Of a stretch of 64,000 nucleotides of DNA, positions 25,386 through 39,979 are shown piece by piece. Origin of the DNA: Epiperipatus broadwayi (lineage: Eukaryota > Animalia > Onychophora); assembly GCA_028023455.1 (NCBI GenBank), contig JAQFVV010000001.1, positions 5,394,001 through 5,458,000 of the forward strand, read 5' to 3'. A program made the position numbers and the translations under genes. The stretch's first letter is position 1; each line of letters opens with the position of its first letter. Under the pieces are notes generated by a model. That model had not been told where the DNA came from and searched no databases. It worked only from the letters and a program-made list of their open reading frames with translations.

Positions 25386-26570
25386 ATGAGAGGAATACTT
25401 TTGACAACTAATGAAGGTAATCATTTATATTCTATCAATAAAATGTTTAGTCATCTCATGTTTAAAACAATTTAAAACCATGTCAATGAATTTATTTTGG
25501 CTATATTTTAATTGTGACAAATTTATCTAGAAATGAGGCATGAATTTTCTATTAAAGTACCAAATTTCTGGGGGAAAAAAATGATGATACTCAATAATAT
25601 TCTAAAAATACAAAATAGCAATTGACGTAGCCTTCAGCATTATGGCTGTGATAATTTGAATATTACTGAATTGGGCATGTAAAGCAAATAAATTGTAATA
25701 GGCTTTACTGAATTTAAGTATAGTTTTACATGATAAAGACTTAAAATCCTCAAAGAAATGAATTTTTTTCTTTCATTAGGAGGATGTATATGAAAGCAGT
25801 TTATAATGGAGATAGATTTGTTGATTACTTTCAGAAAGAAAACCTTACTTATAGAAATAATAAAAGCTGTCAAATAATCTGACTAATTTGCTAATAATTA
25901 AAGTGTGAAAAAAACTATTAATAATTTGTAACAAAACACTGCCCTAGTAAATTATAGATTTATGATGTTTCTTTCCAATTACCTATGTTTCACAAATGGA
26001 GCATAAAGCTTGAATTGTATAAATTGTAATTTTTCACTCATCTCATGCTAACTACTTAAAAAAACAACCCATCTTTAACCATCTGAGTTCATGCCCCAAC
26101 AATTGGCTGCACCGTTTGTAATGGAATGGGCAAAAATTGGAATCTTAATACATATGATTCATGCCCAACAATTGGCTGTGCCATTAGTAACAGAGCAGTC
26201 TATTATGTAGGAGACCAAATTTCTTACCTACGCAACTGGACAGGGTCTAGCCACAATAATTGGTCATTAATTGGAATGGAACAATAAAATAGCTATTTGT
26301 GCCACTCATTTTATTTGTACGTTGAGGTGATGATATGAGTTTGAGTCCCTAAAGAACAGTATAATGTATCACATTTGATAATATGCTGAGTTAAACTCTG
26401 ATACATATCACCATATGATTGCTCTTAAAGTTCTCAACATCTTGGATTCTTCTCATTCCTGTTACACCTCAGTATTCAAACTCTACATGCAATGATTCTA
26501 ATAAGCTAGAGTGATGATTATCACAAATTTGATATAAACTAAAAATATTTACATCTGAATTATGGGTGTA

Positions 26571-26700
26571 GTATGGCATGGATAATGGAAAGTTAGATAA
26601 ATGATATAGCATAGCTAATGGGAAGATAGATAAATGATATGGCATAGGCAATGGAAAGAGATAAATGATATGGTATGGGAAATGGAAAGTTGGATAAATG
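26571..26700. repeat. Minisatellite, 4 units of 31-33 bp
   Basis: The consensus ATATGGCATRGNNAATGGAAAGNTAGATAAATG repeats four times. Confidence 0.85.
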
Positions 26701-27429
26701 AGTAAACATACACAAATTTTAATTAAATAAAATAAATTATTAACTTTATTCCATTATGGGTGATATACAATTTTTTATAAATCAATTGTTTGGATAGGTC
26801 AGATCATCCATTTGATTCATAAAATATGATTATCATTGAATCTTTGACCCCATGGAGGATAGTCATCCACTACCCACTCTAAACATTCAGTTAATTTAAC
26901 ATAATTCATGATTAATTTGATATGATCATCCTGTTGACCAAACCTATTTCCTGGTTTTAATTTGTCTACCTTAATCTATGGCAATGTGTCATGATTTATT
27001 GACTGTTATCTTTGGGTATGAAGTCCCTCTTTAACATTACTGGTATTTATGATAGCAATAGCCATTCATACAAGATATTTAGTTAGTCATACAGAATAAA
27101 TAAAAAGTTAATTTAACAATAAAAAAATATAAAATTGCTGTACTAGTATGAGCATTTAATATTTTGTAGATAAAATTCACCTGAATACAAGTCAGTCACC
27201 CAGTTCTTTAGTTGGTAGGTCTATGGATCAGCATCTAGATTTTATTACAGTTAAAAATTATAGTGATTGACCTATAAACTTCCCCCTTACATAATTATGA
27301 TTGATGATTATAGGGCTAGATCATCAATTCTTTTAATAAAAAAATAATAAAAGTTGTACAACAAAGAAAAATGGGTTCTACATGATACATATATAATTTG
27401 AATAATTGAAATTATTAATCTATGTAGTT

Positions 27430-27760
27430 AGCTATTTTTCAGCTCATGGGTACATAGATGATAAGATGGCTGGTCCCTTCTAGATTAGAAAAATTCCTGG
27501 ATTATGGGAGTTAGTAATACATTTGATGTTTGGTTGTTCTCTAGGTAATTGGTTGACTTGTCAGTGGACAGGTAATGTTCCTCTGTTTACTGCTCCTTTC
27601 TCCATGATCCTTGTGAATACTGTTTCCTGGTGATGGTGAAGACATTACTGATGTGATTAGCTTATAAAATTTGAGTTATTAATAGGAATATGACAGCAGT
27701 CTCCCATCTGCAACATTTAATGAATTTTCTATCCCCACATCCTTCTGTATTGCTTAATAT
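27430..27760 (-). mobile_element. Heavily decayed LINE reverse transcriptase relic
   Basis: Minus-strand translation weakly echoes the RT domain 0-2 region (W..A.I..I...FTRIMEK). Many stops. Confidence 0.25.
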
Positions 27761-29252
27761 TCATTAGAATTAATATTATAAGTTGCAGATTAGAAGGTAT
27801 GTGGCCTTTTTTGGTTTCTTCAGCCAGCTAATAATTCTTCTTGTTATGTCTATAAGTAATAAAATTTTATATGAATTAATTTTCTTGAAATTATTCATGT
27901 AAGTTCTTTCCATGGAAATATATTACTCTTTTGACGTTTATAAACTTTTCCTTTTAAAATCATTTTCAATAGCTTTTGGAGATAATTTGTTCTTTTATAA
28001 CAATCAAATTATAAATCGAACATTATTAATTTATTTTTAAGCATTATTTTAATGCATGTTGATAGCTTAAAAAATTATCTCTTTTTGTCTTGATTAAAAC
28101 AATTCAGTTTCTTTTCTCATGTATCTGTCATATGCAAGCAAGTTATATATCATACATACATTCCCATTGTGTAAGAGTTTTAATTTCTAGTCTCTTTAAT
28201 ATTTAAAAAAAATTAATGTAATAATTTAATTTTAGATCCAATCTTTCTTTATTATCCTTTACCACCAAGTTCTGGAATTTAGTGATTTGAGTATCAATTA
28301 CTTTTATTTTATAGTCAGTAGATTTAACATGACAAAAAATAAAAATAAAAAACAAAATACAATGTCACAATCTATTTATAATTAATGTTATAATTTGTTT
28401 TTACATAACAAAGAGTGTTAATGGATTAGTTAAACTTTTAATTAAGTATTTTTTGTTTTAAACTCTTTGTTTTAATAGGTTGAGACCATACTCTTACATT
28501 TCCCTTTCTCTTAAAGAATTAAAATTGATTGTAAGAGTTTTAATCCTCAACATAAGTTATGATTTTATTGTTTAAACCATGCTTAATTTTTCTTTATGAT
28601 GTTTGATAACAAATAGCTTTTTTTTATAACACTGTAATTTGAAAAACTTTATTTACTTTTCTCATTGAATTTGCTGTTATGGAAAATCGGTTTCCACCAT
28701 GAGAAATTTACCAAAATTAACTATAAATATTTTATTCTTATGGTATCTTCACATAGTCAGGAGATTGGATTCTTGGTATGATACCTTGTGTATATATATA
28801 AATATAATAAAGTATATCTTATTGTATTTGAAAAAGTCCTAATTTTAAGTCAGTTGTTTTTGTCTGTTACCTTTAATAAGCATGTTCATGCTAAAACCAA
28901 TTAGAGTTGACTCATTCCTTGGTTATGCAATTCTTATGCAACTGTATAGACAATTTTAACAGATTTGGGATGTTCCCCCTAAAAATCTCTGAATCCATTT
29001 TTTATGGTTCATAATTTTGGTAGTTGAATAAGCATTTATGGAAAATAAATAAAAACTCTATGAGGCTATTTGATGTCATTTATCTCTTTAAAACATCTCA
29101 TCTGAAAAATTTGATTTGGTAATGGGTTTGATTGTGGGTATTTGTAGGCATCTATTCATTCATAATCTCATAATTTTTTTTCTTTTTTGAAGGTTAATTT
29201 TCCAGAATATTCTCATGATAGGATTTTAATAGTATTGAATTATAGGTACTCC

Positions 29253-31330
29253 TTATCTCACCTCCACAGTCCACCTATATGTATTGGGATCTGAGTGTTT
29301 CACAATTTTATATGGTCTCTGACATGCATTACAAAATTTATGGAAAATGAATTCCTGCAGCTTGCTGATGTGAAGTGTTTGATGAAAAACAATTCTCCTA
29401 TCTGGAATTGATGATTTGACTTTACTTGCTTTTTGTTGCATTTACTTGCCATGTACACCTGGGTCTCATTTATGCAATAGATAGGTTCCTCAGAAAACAC
29501 GTGCAAACGAAATTGTGCAAAAATAGACGTAACTTACATTGAAAAAGGGGGGATGCGGTTTGTGATTTTTCAAAATTCATGTAAAAGCATAGCACCATTG
29601 TAAAATTACTTTAAAATTCGCGCAAAAAAAAAAAAAAATAAGGAAATAAAATCTGACTATTAAAAAATTTCAAATTTGAAAAAAATTGATGCAAGACAAA
29701 CTTTTTTTAACTATAATATTTAATTTTATTCAAAATAATATATTTTTATGCATACTTTATAGTACAGTAATTTACATTTTTTTATACACGTTTTAATTAT
29801 TATCGTTATTTGCCGAAATACACGTTTGTTTGCAAACTGGTAAAAAATCAGATTCTCACAAGAGGAAATACAACTAGCACCAAGTTCACTCTCATGTTGT
29901 GTTAATGGTTTTCTGTTGACAACGTAATTAGTAATTAATCTTTGAGATGATGATTTTATTAATTGTTTATGAACTTAGACTTATGATAATAAAAAGATAT
30001 TTATTCACCACTGCTGGGAAAAATTTAATTAAAACTAACAACTAAAAATTAAATTCTTATTTTTGTCTTTAATTTTCAATTCCGTTTAAAAATCAAATTT
30101 CATTTCACTACTATTACTCATCTTTTAAAAATAAACTTGCAGACACTAAATGATTAATAATTGATTATGTTCTTTTTTAAAAAGCAAAAACAGAATATGA
30201 TTTAAAATGCAAAATTAACATGCACAATGTTTGAACAAATTTACATTATAATCTTGTAAAATTTAATGTGTGTATACATAAAATGTGGAAATCATGATTT
30301 TAATTTCATTATTGCATAAAATCTTACTATTATAAAGCACTGAAACTATTGAAATTACTAAGATGAAAGTTGAATTCCAATAATGTGCTATTACTTTCAA
30401 TATAATGTAAGTGCATGAAATTTATTATTTAAAGTAATAGCGCATTATCGGAGTTCGGTTTCTGGTGAAACATAAATCACGTAACTTCAAAGTCGTGTTA
30501 AATAAGTCCGCGTAAAAAGAGACCCAGGTGTACTTGATTCAGTCATGGGCTTTTCTCTGATCATTTTCAGGAACTATTGGGTTTTGTGAATATGGGTTTG
30601 TAGGTTTTAAACAAACTTGGGACATCTTGTTTTAAGTATAACCTGATGGGTGTGAACCCTGTGGATTCATTTACACTCCAATTAATATACTCAGTTACAT
30701 GCTTCACCCACCCCTTATGTCTATCCTCTAAATAGGTCCTAAACAAATGTCCAAGTTTCCGCATGATGTCTTTACATGGGTTTGATAGTGGATTTCTAAT
30801 GGCGGTTAACACATTTGTTTTATTTGTAGTCTTTCTACCCATTTCTTCCACTCTTTGAATAGGAAAGGGGTACCGTGATCTGATCATTTCTGGTTTCCTT
30901 ATTTCCTTGAAGTGGAGAGTGCCTAATAATTTGATTGTATATCTAATATTAGCTTGGAATATTGAGTAATCTGACATGAATATTGAAAAGAGATCATGAG
31001 CTATTAACAGATACCTTTGTTTATTAGATGGTGGTAAAGGTCTGTAGAAGTCTATAGCTAAGATCTTATTTAGTCTTGTTGGTATTGTAGATTTAACTGA
31101 AGTGACATAATTTTGATTTAATGGCTTTGCCCTCATGCATACTTGACATTTCTGGATTACTTTTAGGGTGTCTTTGCACATTCCAGCTCAGTAAAACCAA
31201 TTTTTAAATATCTTCTGTTTATGGGCTCCATTGTGTCCATACAAATAATGCATGTATTGTATGAGTGAGTTTTTTAGCCTGTCAGGTATCACTTGCATTC
31301 AGTCTCTTCTATTAAGTTGAATATCTTGCT
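29253..31330 (-). mobile_element. Gypsy pol 3' relic (integrase Zn finger, core and tail), split by a DNA transposon
   Basis: ORF 30567-31181 reads KCQVCMRAKP...ILAIDFYRPLP...YLLIAHDLFS...YINWSVNESTGFTP. The tail at 29253-29455 reads FQIGELFFIKH...RPYKIVK..PNTY. Removing 29456-30532 gives the continuous reading IKYMASKCNKKQVKSNHQFQIGE. Confidence 0.8.
29456..30530. mobile_element. Non-autonomous Tc1/mariner (pogo/Tigger-like) element, 1075 bp
   Basis: Perfect 12-bp TIR CACCTGGGTCTC / GAGACCCAGGTG with a TA TSD (29454-29455 and 30531-30532). Subterminal GATAGGTTCC and CCGCGTAAA motifs recall Tigger ends. Confidence 0.8.
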
Positions 31331-31849
31331 ATCTGATATAATAATGAACTCCACGATGTTGTTGTTTTTATTTATTTATAATGAATTCCATTGCACGTAT
31401 GCTGCTTCCAATAATTGAATCTAAATTTATAATAAAATACACTTCCTTTATTTCAAAATAATTGCTTTTTTTTCTAATTTCACAGAAATTACTGTACTGT
31501 GTAGTATTTTTTTATTTTATGATATCTTCCTTTATTTGAAAATGATGTGCAATTATAGATATTCAAATATCTGGAATATGATGATTATAATTTTTGTCTT
31601 ATATAATAGCAAATATAAGAGAATTAGCATTCATACTAATGTAATTTACTGTATAATTTTGAATTTACCTTAAGCATTACAAGCGTCCCTACATTTGAAT
31701 AAAGAGTTAAACTAATAAACTATAGAACATAAAATTTAAATACATGATAGAAAAAGGAACAGAATTATTAAAGGTTAGCTGTAAAATGTTAATCAAGATA
31801 AGTATATATTTTCCATATTCTTCAAAAATATTGTTTTAAAAAGGAAGTA

Positions 31850-32600
31850 CATAAGTAATTTTGGAAATGTAAAGGGACAAAAATAAACTCTAGATTGATT
31901 TGCAAAAGTTAATAATTTTTTTTTTCACAAGGAGAACTTAATTTTTTTAATCAGAGAGGGGGAACAGTAATTAAAAATTTTGTACAAATAATGATAAATC
32001 GGAGTATTTGTTAGTAATTCAAGTTTGTAAGATATTTTGAAGCAAATCAAATATTAAATACAAATTGGATCAGTTTAAAACTAATCACATGTCCAATAAA
32101 AAATAGCTAAGTAGTGTTTTTTGATAGACAGAATTGTTAATTTAAAATATTTAATTAATGCAATCACAAAACAATCACAGGAAGTAAGACTCATTGATGA
32201 TGGAATTGGATACTTATTATGTGACATGGTATAAGGAGAAGAGATATCGGTGTTGAGAAGCAGAAAAGAAGGTATAGACAGAAAGAAGGATCTGCAATGA
32301 GAATAATTAATTTGGCAAGATTTAGATGTAGCTGCAGTCTTTCTCAAGACAACTTATCTTCACCATTATTTGCATCAAGATTAAGAAAGTGTAAAAGCAC
32401 TTCATTGCTAATGAATATACAGTGATTTAACAAAATATTTTTGTAATATCTAGCAAATATGATGAATTTATACAATGGAATGGGCTAGAATTTACCCAAG
32501 TGCATTTGTTGGAGCCCGGACTATGTAGTTTTCTGCAGCATAATTCTCCAGTCTGTCAGAGTAAAAGAATGATACCACAAGATGCACTTATTGTTAACTA
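31850..32600. repeat. Old unclassified dispersed repeat, segment A (partner ~43620-44330)
   Basis: Collinear shared blocks, e.g. TTTAAAATATTTAATTAATG, TTTAGATGT, GAATATACAGTGATTTAAC, CCCAAGTGCA.TTGTTGGAGC. Confidence 0.75.
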
Positions 32601-35399
32601 TAACATACTGTGAAGGTAGTTCCAAAATCGCTATCACAACAAAACTTAGCCATTGAAATGATAGATTGTTTTTTTTTAATTAGCATGTAGAAAGATAAAT
32701 AAAAAGTTTTTGCTAGCACACTTTTGAAAAAAAAAAGTTTTTATATTTTTATCAGTGTAATAACTACATATTAAGTATTGGGAATGATGGATAATTTATC
32801 GTGAAAATAAACATATATATTAGTAATAAAATTTTATTACTAAGAAAATATCAATCTTGGTAAAAAAAAAAAAATTGTACATAGTTATATATGTTGATCA
32901 TTGTATTGTGTTAATTAAATTGACAATGTTTTAAATAAAAACAATTATTATAGCAAAAGAAAATAAATCAATATTTAAATATAAGAGAGATAATAATATA
33001 CTATTGCAAATTTATGTTATAATTTGTTTTGTTTTTTAAATGAATCGCTATAAAAAAATATTTTAAAAGATGCAATGCTGGAACGCTGGTTTAAACAATA
33101 GGAATAGCACCGAAATAAAAAAGAAACAATTAAAAAAACATTTTTTTTCTTTCTTGTCCTGTGTTTGACTGAAGAAGTCAAGTTTATTAGAATTATTATT
33201 TTAATATTTTTCTGCAAAGTGGACATTTCTTTTTAAAGCAGCAGCTCAATAAATATTAATGATTTCTAATTAATTCACCATTCGGAAAAAGACTGAAGGA
33301 AATGAATGGAACATTATTCTAATTTATTAAGCAGATAAGTGGAAATAATTTATCAATTTAAATTTAAAAAAAAAAGAAAGTATTATGATTTTTGTTTAAA
33401 AGAAACTAAAAAAAGAAATTAGAATAATTGATTTAATTTAATGTTTATATAGCCAATATTACAAACATTAAAGAATTTTATTCTGTATATATATATTATT
33501 AAATGCAAACAGCATATATATTTATATAAAGCTATATATATATATAATTAAAATATGAGATACATTGGCTAGGAGGCTTAATTGTCATTGGGGTGGAACT
33601 TTTTTCTTATCCATTATGGCTATATGAGTATTAATATTTAACTGTCTACAATTTAAGTGCCTAAGAAGTTGGGATCTATACAGAATGAAAATTATGTGAG
33701 GAGTAACGTAAAACTACCTACTGCCAACTTAAATAAATTCAGGATATGCTATATAAAAATAATCAGGAGTTCTTCAACATCTATAATAAAAAATGCATAA
33801 ACCTAAGAACTTTGTGTAAAGAGGACCCTGAAAAATAATTATGCTTTAACATATCGATTCATAAAAGATTGTAAAAATATGTTTTAGTTTCTGTAGTATA
33901 AATCTGTATTTGTGTTTTTATTTATTATCTCATCTTATATTTTGGAAGTGCTATATCTAATTCAACAGGGAACAGTCAAACATGAGAAAATATCAAGAGA
34001 GTAGGGGGAAGGTTGAAAAGTCTATTTTTTTAAAAAAATAAAATATATATGATTTATTTTCTACCAAGAGATTTAGTTATCAACTATGCACATGAAATTA
34101 AGTGCTTCACTAGAATACTGAATGGTAAGAGTTTTCTTTTTTGTTAAAGCCACTGAAATAAACTATGCTACAGCATGACATGACTTATTTATAGATTATA
34201 AAATATGTGTTACTAATAGTCTTCTTAAGATATAATGAGTAAATGGTTAACACTTTTAAAATAGTATTCTTTATCATTTTCTATCATATTATGTGTTGTT
34301 TTATTATTATACTTTTTCCACACTAGATATTTTCTTACTATATCTGAGGTTGCATTTAAATTTTCATTGAGTTAGCAATCTCATTTTAATTATATCTTGG
34401 ATATATATAGATGTCTATATTATGGGTGTCTATCATGGGAAGGGTGATTAGTTTTAAATTGTTTAAGTAAAGAAATGATAGATACTCATCATAGACATAA
34501 ATACTATAAGTACATAGGGATATTCAAGTAATTTATGGGCATTTATAAATATTTTTCTTTATTGAAATTTTTCTTTTCTAAATAGATTAAGAATTTATTT
34601 GATGTTTAAATATATCTTTTTTTTTGTAAATAAATATTATGAAGTTTTGTTAATTGACAAGGTCTCTATATATAGTTTTGTTGATCCAGCATTTACATTC
34701 AGACCAGCATTTACATTACATCTTATAGCCAATATTTTACACATGCACGCATCCACATTATTGTTTGATAAGCATGTGAGAGAATAGTAGATAAAGATTA
34801 CTTCTTTCTAATAGATAGGATGTATTATTTTAGTTGTTGATTAACAGTTTGCATAGATACATACCTGTTAAGAGAGTCAAATGTGAATTCTTCCTGAGTT
34901 TGAATATCTGAGGCAATGGTTTTGGGAAAGAGTGGTGAGATGAACTGATCTGAATTACATATGACTTTGATTGATAATGCTTAGGCTAGTCTATTAGAGA
35001 TGGATGTATTCATGAGTCAGGTATTTCATCGCGTTATCTTTAGCATCCTACATGAAGACCCTAGGTCCAACAGTAGTTAGATGCGAGCTTTCTTTCTTTC
35101 TCATGTATACATGGATGGATTGGACTGTTGCATTTGGCACTATCAACTTTAGGATATGAAAGATAGGTGTACTAGCACTTTTAGATTGGATATAAGTTAA
35201 TTATACACTGCAGTAGAACCAGCTGATTGTTGAAGTTGATCTGTGTGTTCAAATGTATTTATGGACCGGCACATCTGGGTATATGCGACCATACCATTAC
35301 AATATATATACTCATCATGTACCCTTTTAATCTTAAATTTGTAAAAAAGTGTTAGAAACAAAATAAAATGCTATATAAAACTGAAATTATGTAAGAACT

Positions 35400-36260
35400 G
35401 AATTTATATTTAGTCATAGGCCTTTAATAGTAGGCTTACTATTTTCTTTTATTTGAAAACAAGGCTTTAACTAATTATTTGTTTAATATTTTATTTATCG
35501 TTTATATGTTTAGTCAACTATTTGTATTATTACGTTAATAGCAAAATAATTGTAAGTTTATCATTTTCACAAAAATTATTATTTGGAAGGTATTTTTATT
35601 TTATCAATGTATGAGCATTGGAAATCCAACTTTACTCTTCTGGGCTTTCCTAAGTAGTTAGCTACTTGTAATAAAATATATAGTTGTAAGTAATCCTAGT
35701 GTGTCCAATGTGATTAAATTATTTTTTTTTGGTTGTTGTTATCTATATAATTCGCAGTGCTATTTGTCTTATCCTAAATATGTATAAAAGAAATTTGATA
35801 CAGTTTGGAGAAACTTGCTCCGAATGAAGTAGATGTGGGAATGTTAATGGTAAATAGAGATCATGTTATTGGGGAGAAGGGGGGGGAGGGCATTCTTTTC
35901 AAGTGGACAATGGTATCCAGGATAAAAGCTATATTAGGTTTAAGCACCATATAATAAAATTAGCAATAGAAAACAAAAACAATGCTTTTGGATGAGAGAG
36001 AAGATAGTTGACCCTCTGAGAATTGAGTTGCTGGACAGTTATTAGAAAATATCAGCATACAATATGATCATCATCAGAAGCCTCAGTTTAATGTTTCAAT
36101 GATTGTATAATTAAGCTAATGTTATCTGGATCACAATTATGAAAATTGGATTGATTTGTTAGCTTTGGCACATCTGTATATCAAGTACTGAGCAGTAATC
36201 AATGATGAACAACACTATAATTGCATGGACTATTACATATGTAGTGCCCAAAGGTGAAGC
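35400..36260. repeat. Old unclassified dispersed repeat, segment B (partner ~44420-45610)
   Basis: Collinear shared blocks, e.g. TTATTATTTGG.AGGTA, AATGCTTTTGGATGAGAGAGAA, TCTGGATCACAATTAT, AATGATGAACAACACT. Confidence 0.75.
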
Positions 36261-39200
36261 TCAATAAACCTCATATTGATATGTGTTCAAATACAAATAG
36301 ACACATAGTAGGCATTGTTTGGAATAAAACGAGATTAACATTAAAGGGATAAGTAGAATTAATTAAATGTAGTAACAATAAATAAAATAGTATAGTATTT
36401 GACTATTAATTTAATGATTTTATTCTTTTTATATTACAATGCACAATGTGTATGCTTATATAAATGTATATATGAATTATTTATTATTTATAAAATAGAA
36501 TAGTATTAAGTGTCAAAACAATACCAATACCCTAAGATAGAGAAGGGTGGGTCTTTGAGTGGATAAGGAAGTGGCTAGATAGTCAACAGGAACATTTTAA
36601 AGGCAGGGATGCTGGAGAAAGCTGCATAATTAAGGTGATCTCGGCATATTAGTTATTATAATATTAAAGATAAGTTAATTTATATTGAGTAAAGAATATT
36701 ATAACGAATAAGAAATTGATATGGACAAGATAATAAAGCTAAAAAAAGAGAACACAAAAATTATGGATAAAAAAGAAATAAGAATGGAACATTAGACAGG
36801 ATAATAGTCAATAATGCAGATAACATAAAATTGAGTAATCTAATGTCAAAATTTAATATGGAATACTCATAGAGAAAATGGAAGAAATTCGACAAGCTAT
36901 AAAAAAGAATAATGGGGAAGGGGGAAGCAGTGATTAAAGAGAATCAATAAGATATGAAGAAGACTCAGTAAGCTATAAATGAATCAGCAAAGGGTGGAAT
37001 CAATTATTAATGATTTAATAAGGAAGAAAATTAGCTATGAAGAAAATTCAGCCAGCTCTAATTAAAATATTGAAAGAAGAAATAAAGGCAGAAATTCAGA
37101 TTATAATAGAAAATGGGTCCAAAAATGAAAGGAAGGTTTAAACAGGAGAAAACTGAATTTCAAATAGTGGGTCAACAGTAAAAATGGATGATTTAAAAAT
37201 TGGCAGTGAGGAAAAAGATCAGGAAGTGCCAAGAAGTGGAAATAGAAATTACATCCAAATGGTGATCATTCAAATGGAGAAAGGTCAAAAAAAGATGGAA
37301 AAAAGAATCAGCAGAGTGAACAATTTAGAAGATAAGTTAACTGGTCAGACCTAAATTGGAAGTCATGGGGCTAAGAAACCTAATAAAGAGAAAATGTTTT
37401 GATTCAGAGCTAGTATGTACAATGAAGTCAATACCTGAAGATTAGGGTATTCAGGGGACAAGATAGTAAACCATCTGTTGAAAATTTAAGAGGTAAAAGA
37501 GATTTCAATTTCAAAATAATGTTTGAGGAAAGTAAGTTGGCTATAACCTATAGCAACTTACAAGTTGAGTGCAAGCACAGTGGGACTTCTTTTTCAGTCA
37601 ACCTAATACTTTTCAAAAGTATAGGAATTCTTTAATGAATAGTTGCTGAAAAGAAGAGAACAAGAAGGTATCCAATATCATGTTATGAAAGAAAAAAATT
37701 TCAAAACGAAATAGAGAAAGCTACTCATTAGTCTTTGGGTGACAAATAGCTAAATTGAGAATGTTTTATGCTTATGACATGACCAAGTTTTATATAAACT
37801 GAATAATCTATCATAATCTGCCCTTTGTATAAAAAACATGATTTTAAGTGCTGAAAATAGGTGGCTGAATTCTTGAATGCTACAGACATGAATTTATAAG
37901 GTAGCAAGGTAAACCTTGATAAATAAAGCAAGCAAGCTTACATTAAAACCATTGAAGTATATAAAAAGAAAACACTTGCATTCTATGGAAGGCAAGAAAG
38001 TAGCAATGAAGATTATATGGAAGTTCATATGGCAATTATGAAGTTACACAAGAGCAAGGCAACTAGTTACTCTTGAGACATCACATGAGGGAATTACCTT
38101 ATTTAAGTACTAAAAATGATATAGAACAAGAAGTAGAGTTGGAAAATGAATTGAAAAACACAGTTTAAAATAAAGAAGTAAATGGTAACTCTGATGACAA
38201 TAGAAAAGTTTCTAAACCAGTAAGAGCTGAGGACACTATCACTGATAAAAAATACTTGAACAGATTATGAACTAATCTTTATGGGGACAAAGAATGTTCA
38301 CACTCTTTGATGACCCTGGATCTGTTAAAAGGGCAACAATTTTTTTAAAAAAATTCTGTCAAACAGATCAAATATAACAAGCTATGAGAAATAAAATTTA
38401 TCTGCAAAGTAAACCAAATAATTGGCAAACAGAAGAGAATAACTAAAACAAATTTAAATATACTCAGTGAGATTGAAATGATATCAACTTACTACAAACA
38501 AGAATGACAAGATGAATTAAGGAAAATGAGAACATGATCCAAAGAAGACCACAATGCCAGTCAAGGGCTAATTAAAGAAAAAAATATATAATCATAATAA
38601 GTAATGAGAACAAGAAGACTGTGATTCAATCTTTCAATGAGATATAAACATCTGCAGGAAAGTAAATTCAATGCATATTGTCGTTAGAGAGGTATGAGAA
38701 AATAGAGAAATAATGTAACAAGAGATAAAAACAATATTAAATTCCTATAGTTAAATATAAATTAAGTAAACAAAGTTGTTGGTTGTATCAATTTCTATGA
38801 TCATCTGGGAATGAGGCATATATGGTGTTGTGATGTGTCTTTTAAGTACATGTCTATTTACAAGTGAGCAGTATGTATGCATGATTTCTTTGCCATTTTA
38901 TTTATATATTATTTATTGCACTTAAGTGTTGAAAGATATTCATCTTTCTATTGGAGTATCTGAACTGAAATACCCTTGAGCTATCTAAATTATATTAACT
39001 GGAATTATACTTGTGACAGAAGATTCAGCATATAGTATTAGTTCCAGTTTGATTATTTGCAATCATCAAATTAAATGTGCAAGTAAGTATTGTAATGCAG
39101 ATTCTGTTTTTTTTTTTGCACATGGTGATGTGTCATGACATGGTTGTGCATGTAATTGCCAATGATCTAGGGATGGTTCAGCAATAACAATATAACAACA

Positions 39201-39979
39201 ATTGAATCAATAAGATATATAAATATATATAACTAATAGAAAACTGAAGAAAAGGTATTGTTAAATAGACATATCACAAATAAAGGAAATTCATGAATTA
39301 ATTTATACTTGTAGCTATGAATAATCAAGCAATATAGTAGATGAAGAAAAAATATTAAGGAATGAAATATGCACCATCATTTTGTTGTTTCATAATTTTA
39401 GGAGGGGAATTGTAATGTTTCAAAAACAGCCTAAAATATGAAGTCATTCTGTCTTTGAATAAAGAATTAAACAAGATTTAAATACAAGATAGAGAGAAAA
39501 ACAATTATTAAAGGTGAACTGTTTAAACGCTACTTACAGGGACACCATAATATAGTGTGCAATGTGTGCATCACCTACAGGAACTAGGATAGTAAAGAAG
39601 TCAAAGATTCCATGTTTACAACAAAATAAATTAAATTTTTATTTAAATGTTACTTGTATTTTATAAATTTGTCTTAAAGAAATTATTCATATTCACTTAT
39701 AAATAATATTTTTTAAGATTTTATTTTATTTTAATTCTATTTCTAATAAGTAGTTTAGTATAAATAAGTTAAAACTTGAACTTGTGACATTTTTCTGTTT
39801 ACAGGATGACAAGCATTTCAATCATGTTCAAACTTGCACTAAACATAAGAAAATCTGTTGTTTGTAACTTTTATTCTATATTCTACTGTTACACTGTATG
39901 TACTATAACATATCACTAATCTAAAAAGTATCAGTTGTAAGTTTTTGTATTTAGAATAGGATAATAAAGTACAAAGTAT

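Noticed and set aside
38187-38215. CTGATGA-CAATA-GAAA motif
   Set aside because: Only 5 nt separate the boxes, so stem II cannot form. Probably chance.
36800-38800. A-rich plus-strand block as a LINE ORF1/ORF2 relic
   Set aside because: Composition suggests an old retroelement, but I could read no diagnostic motif, so it is not listed as a feature.
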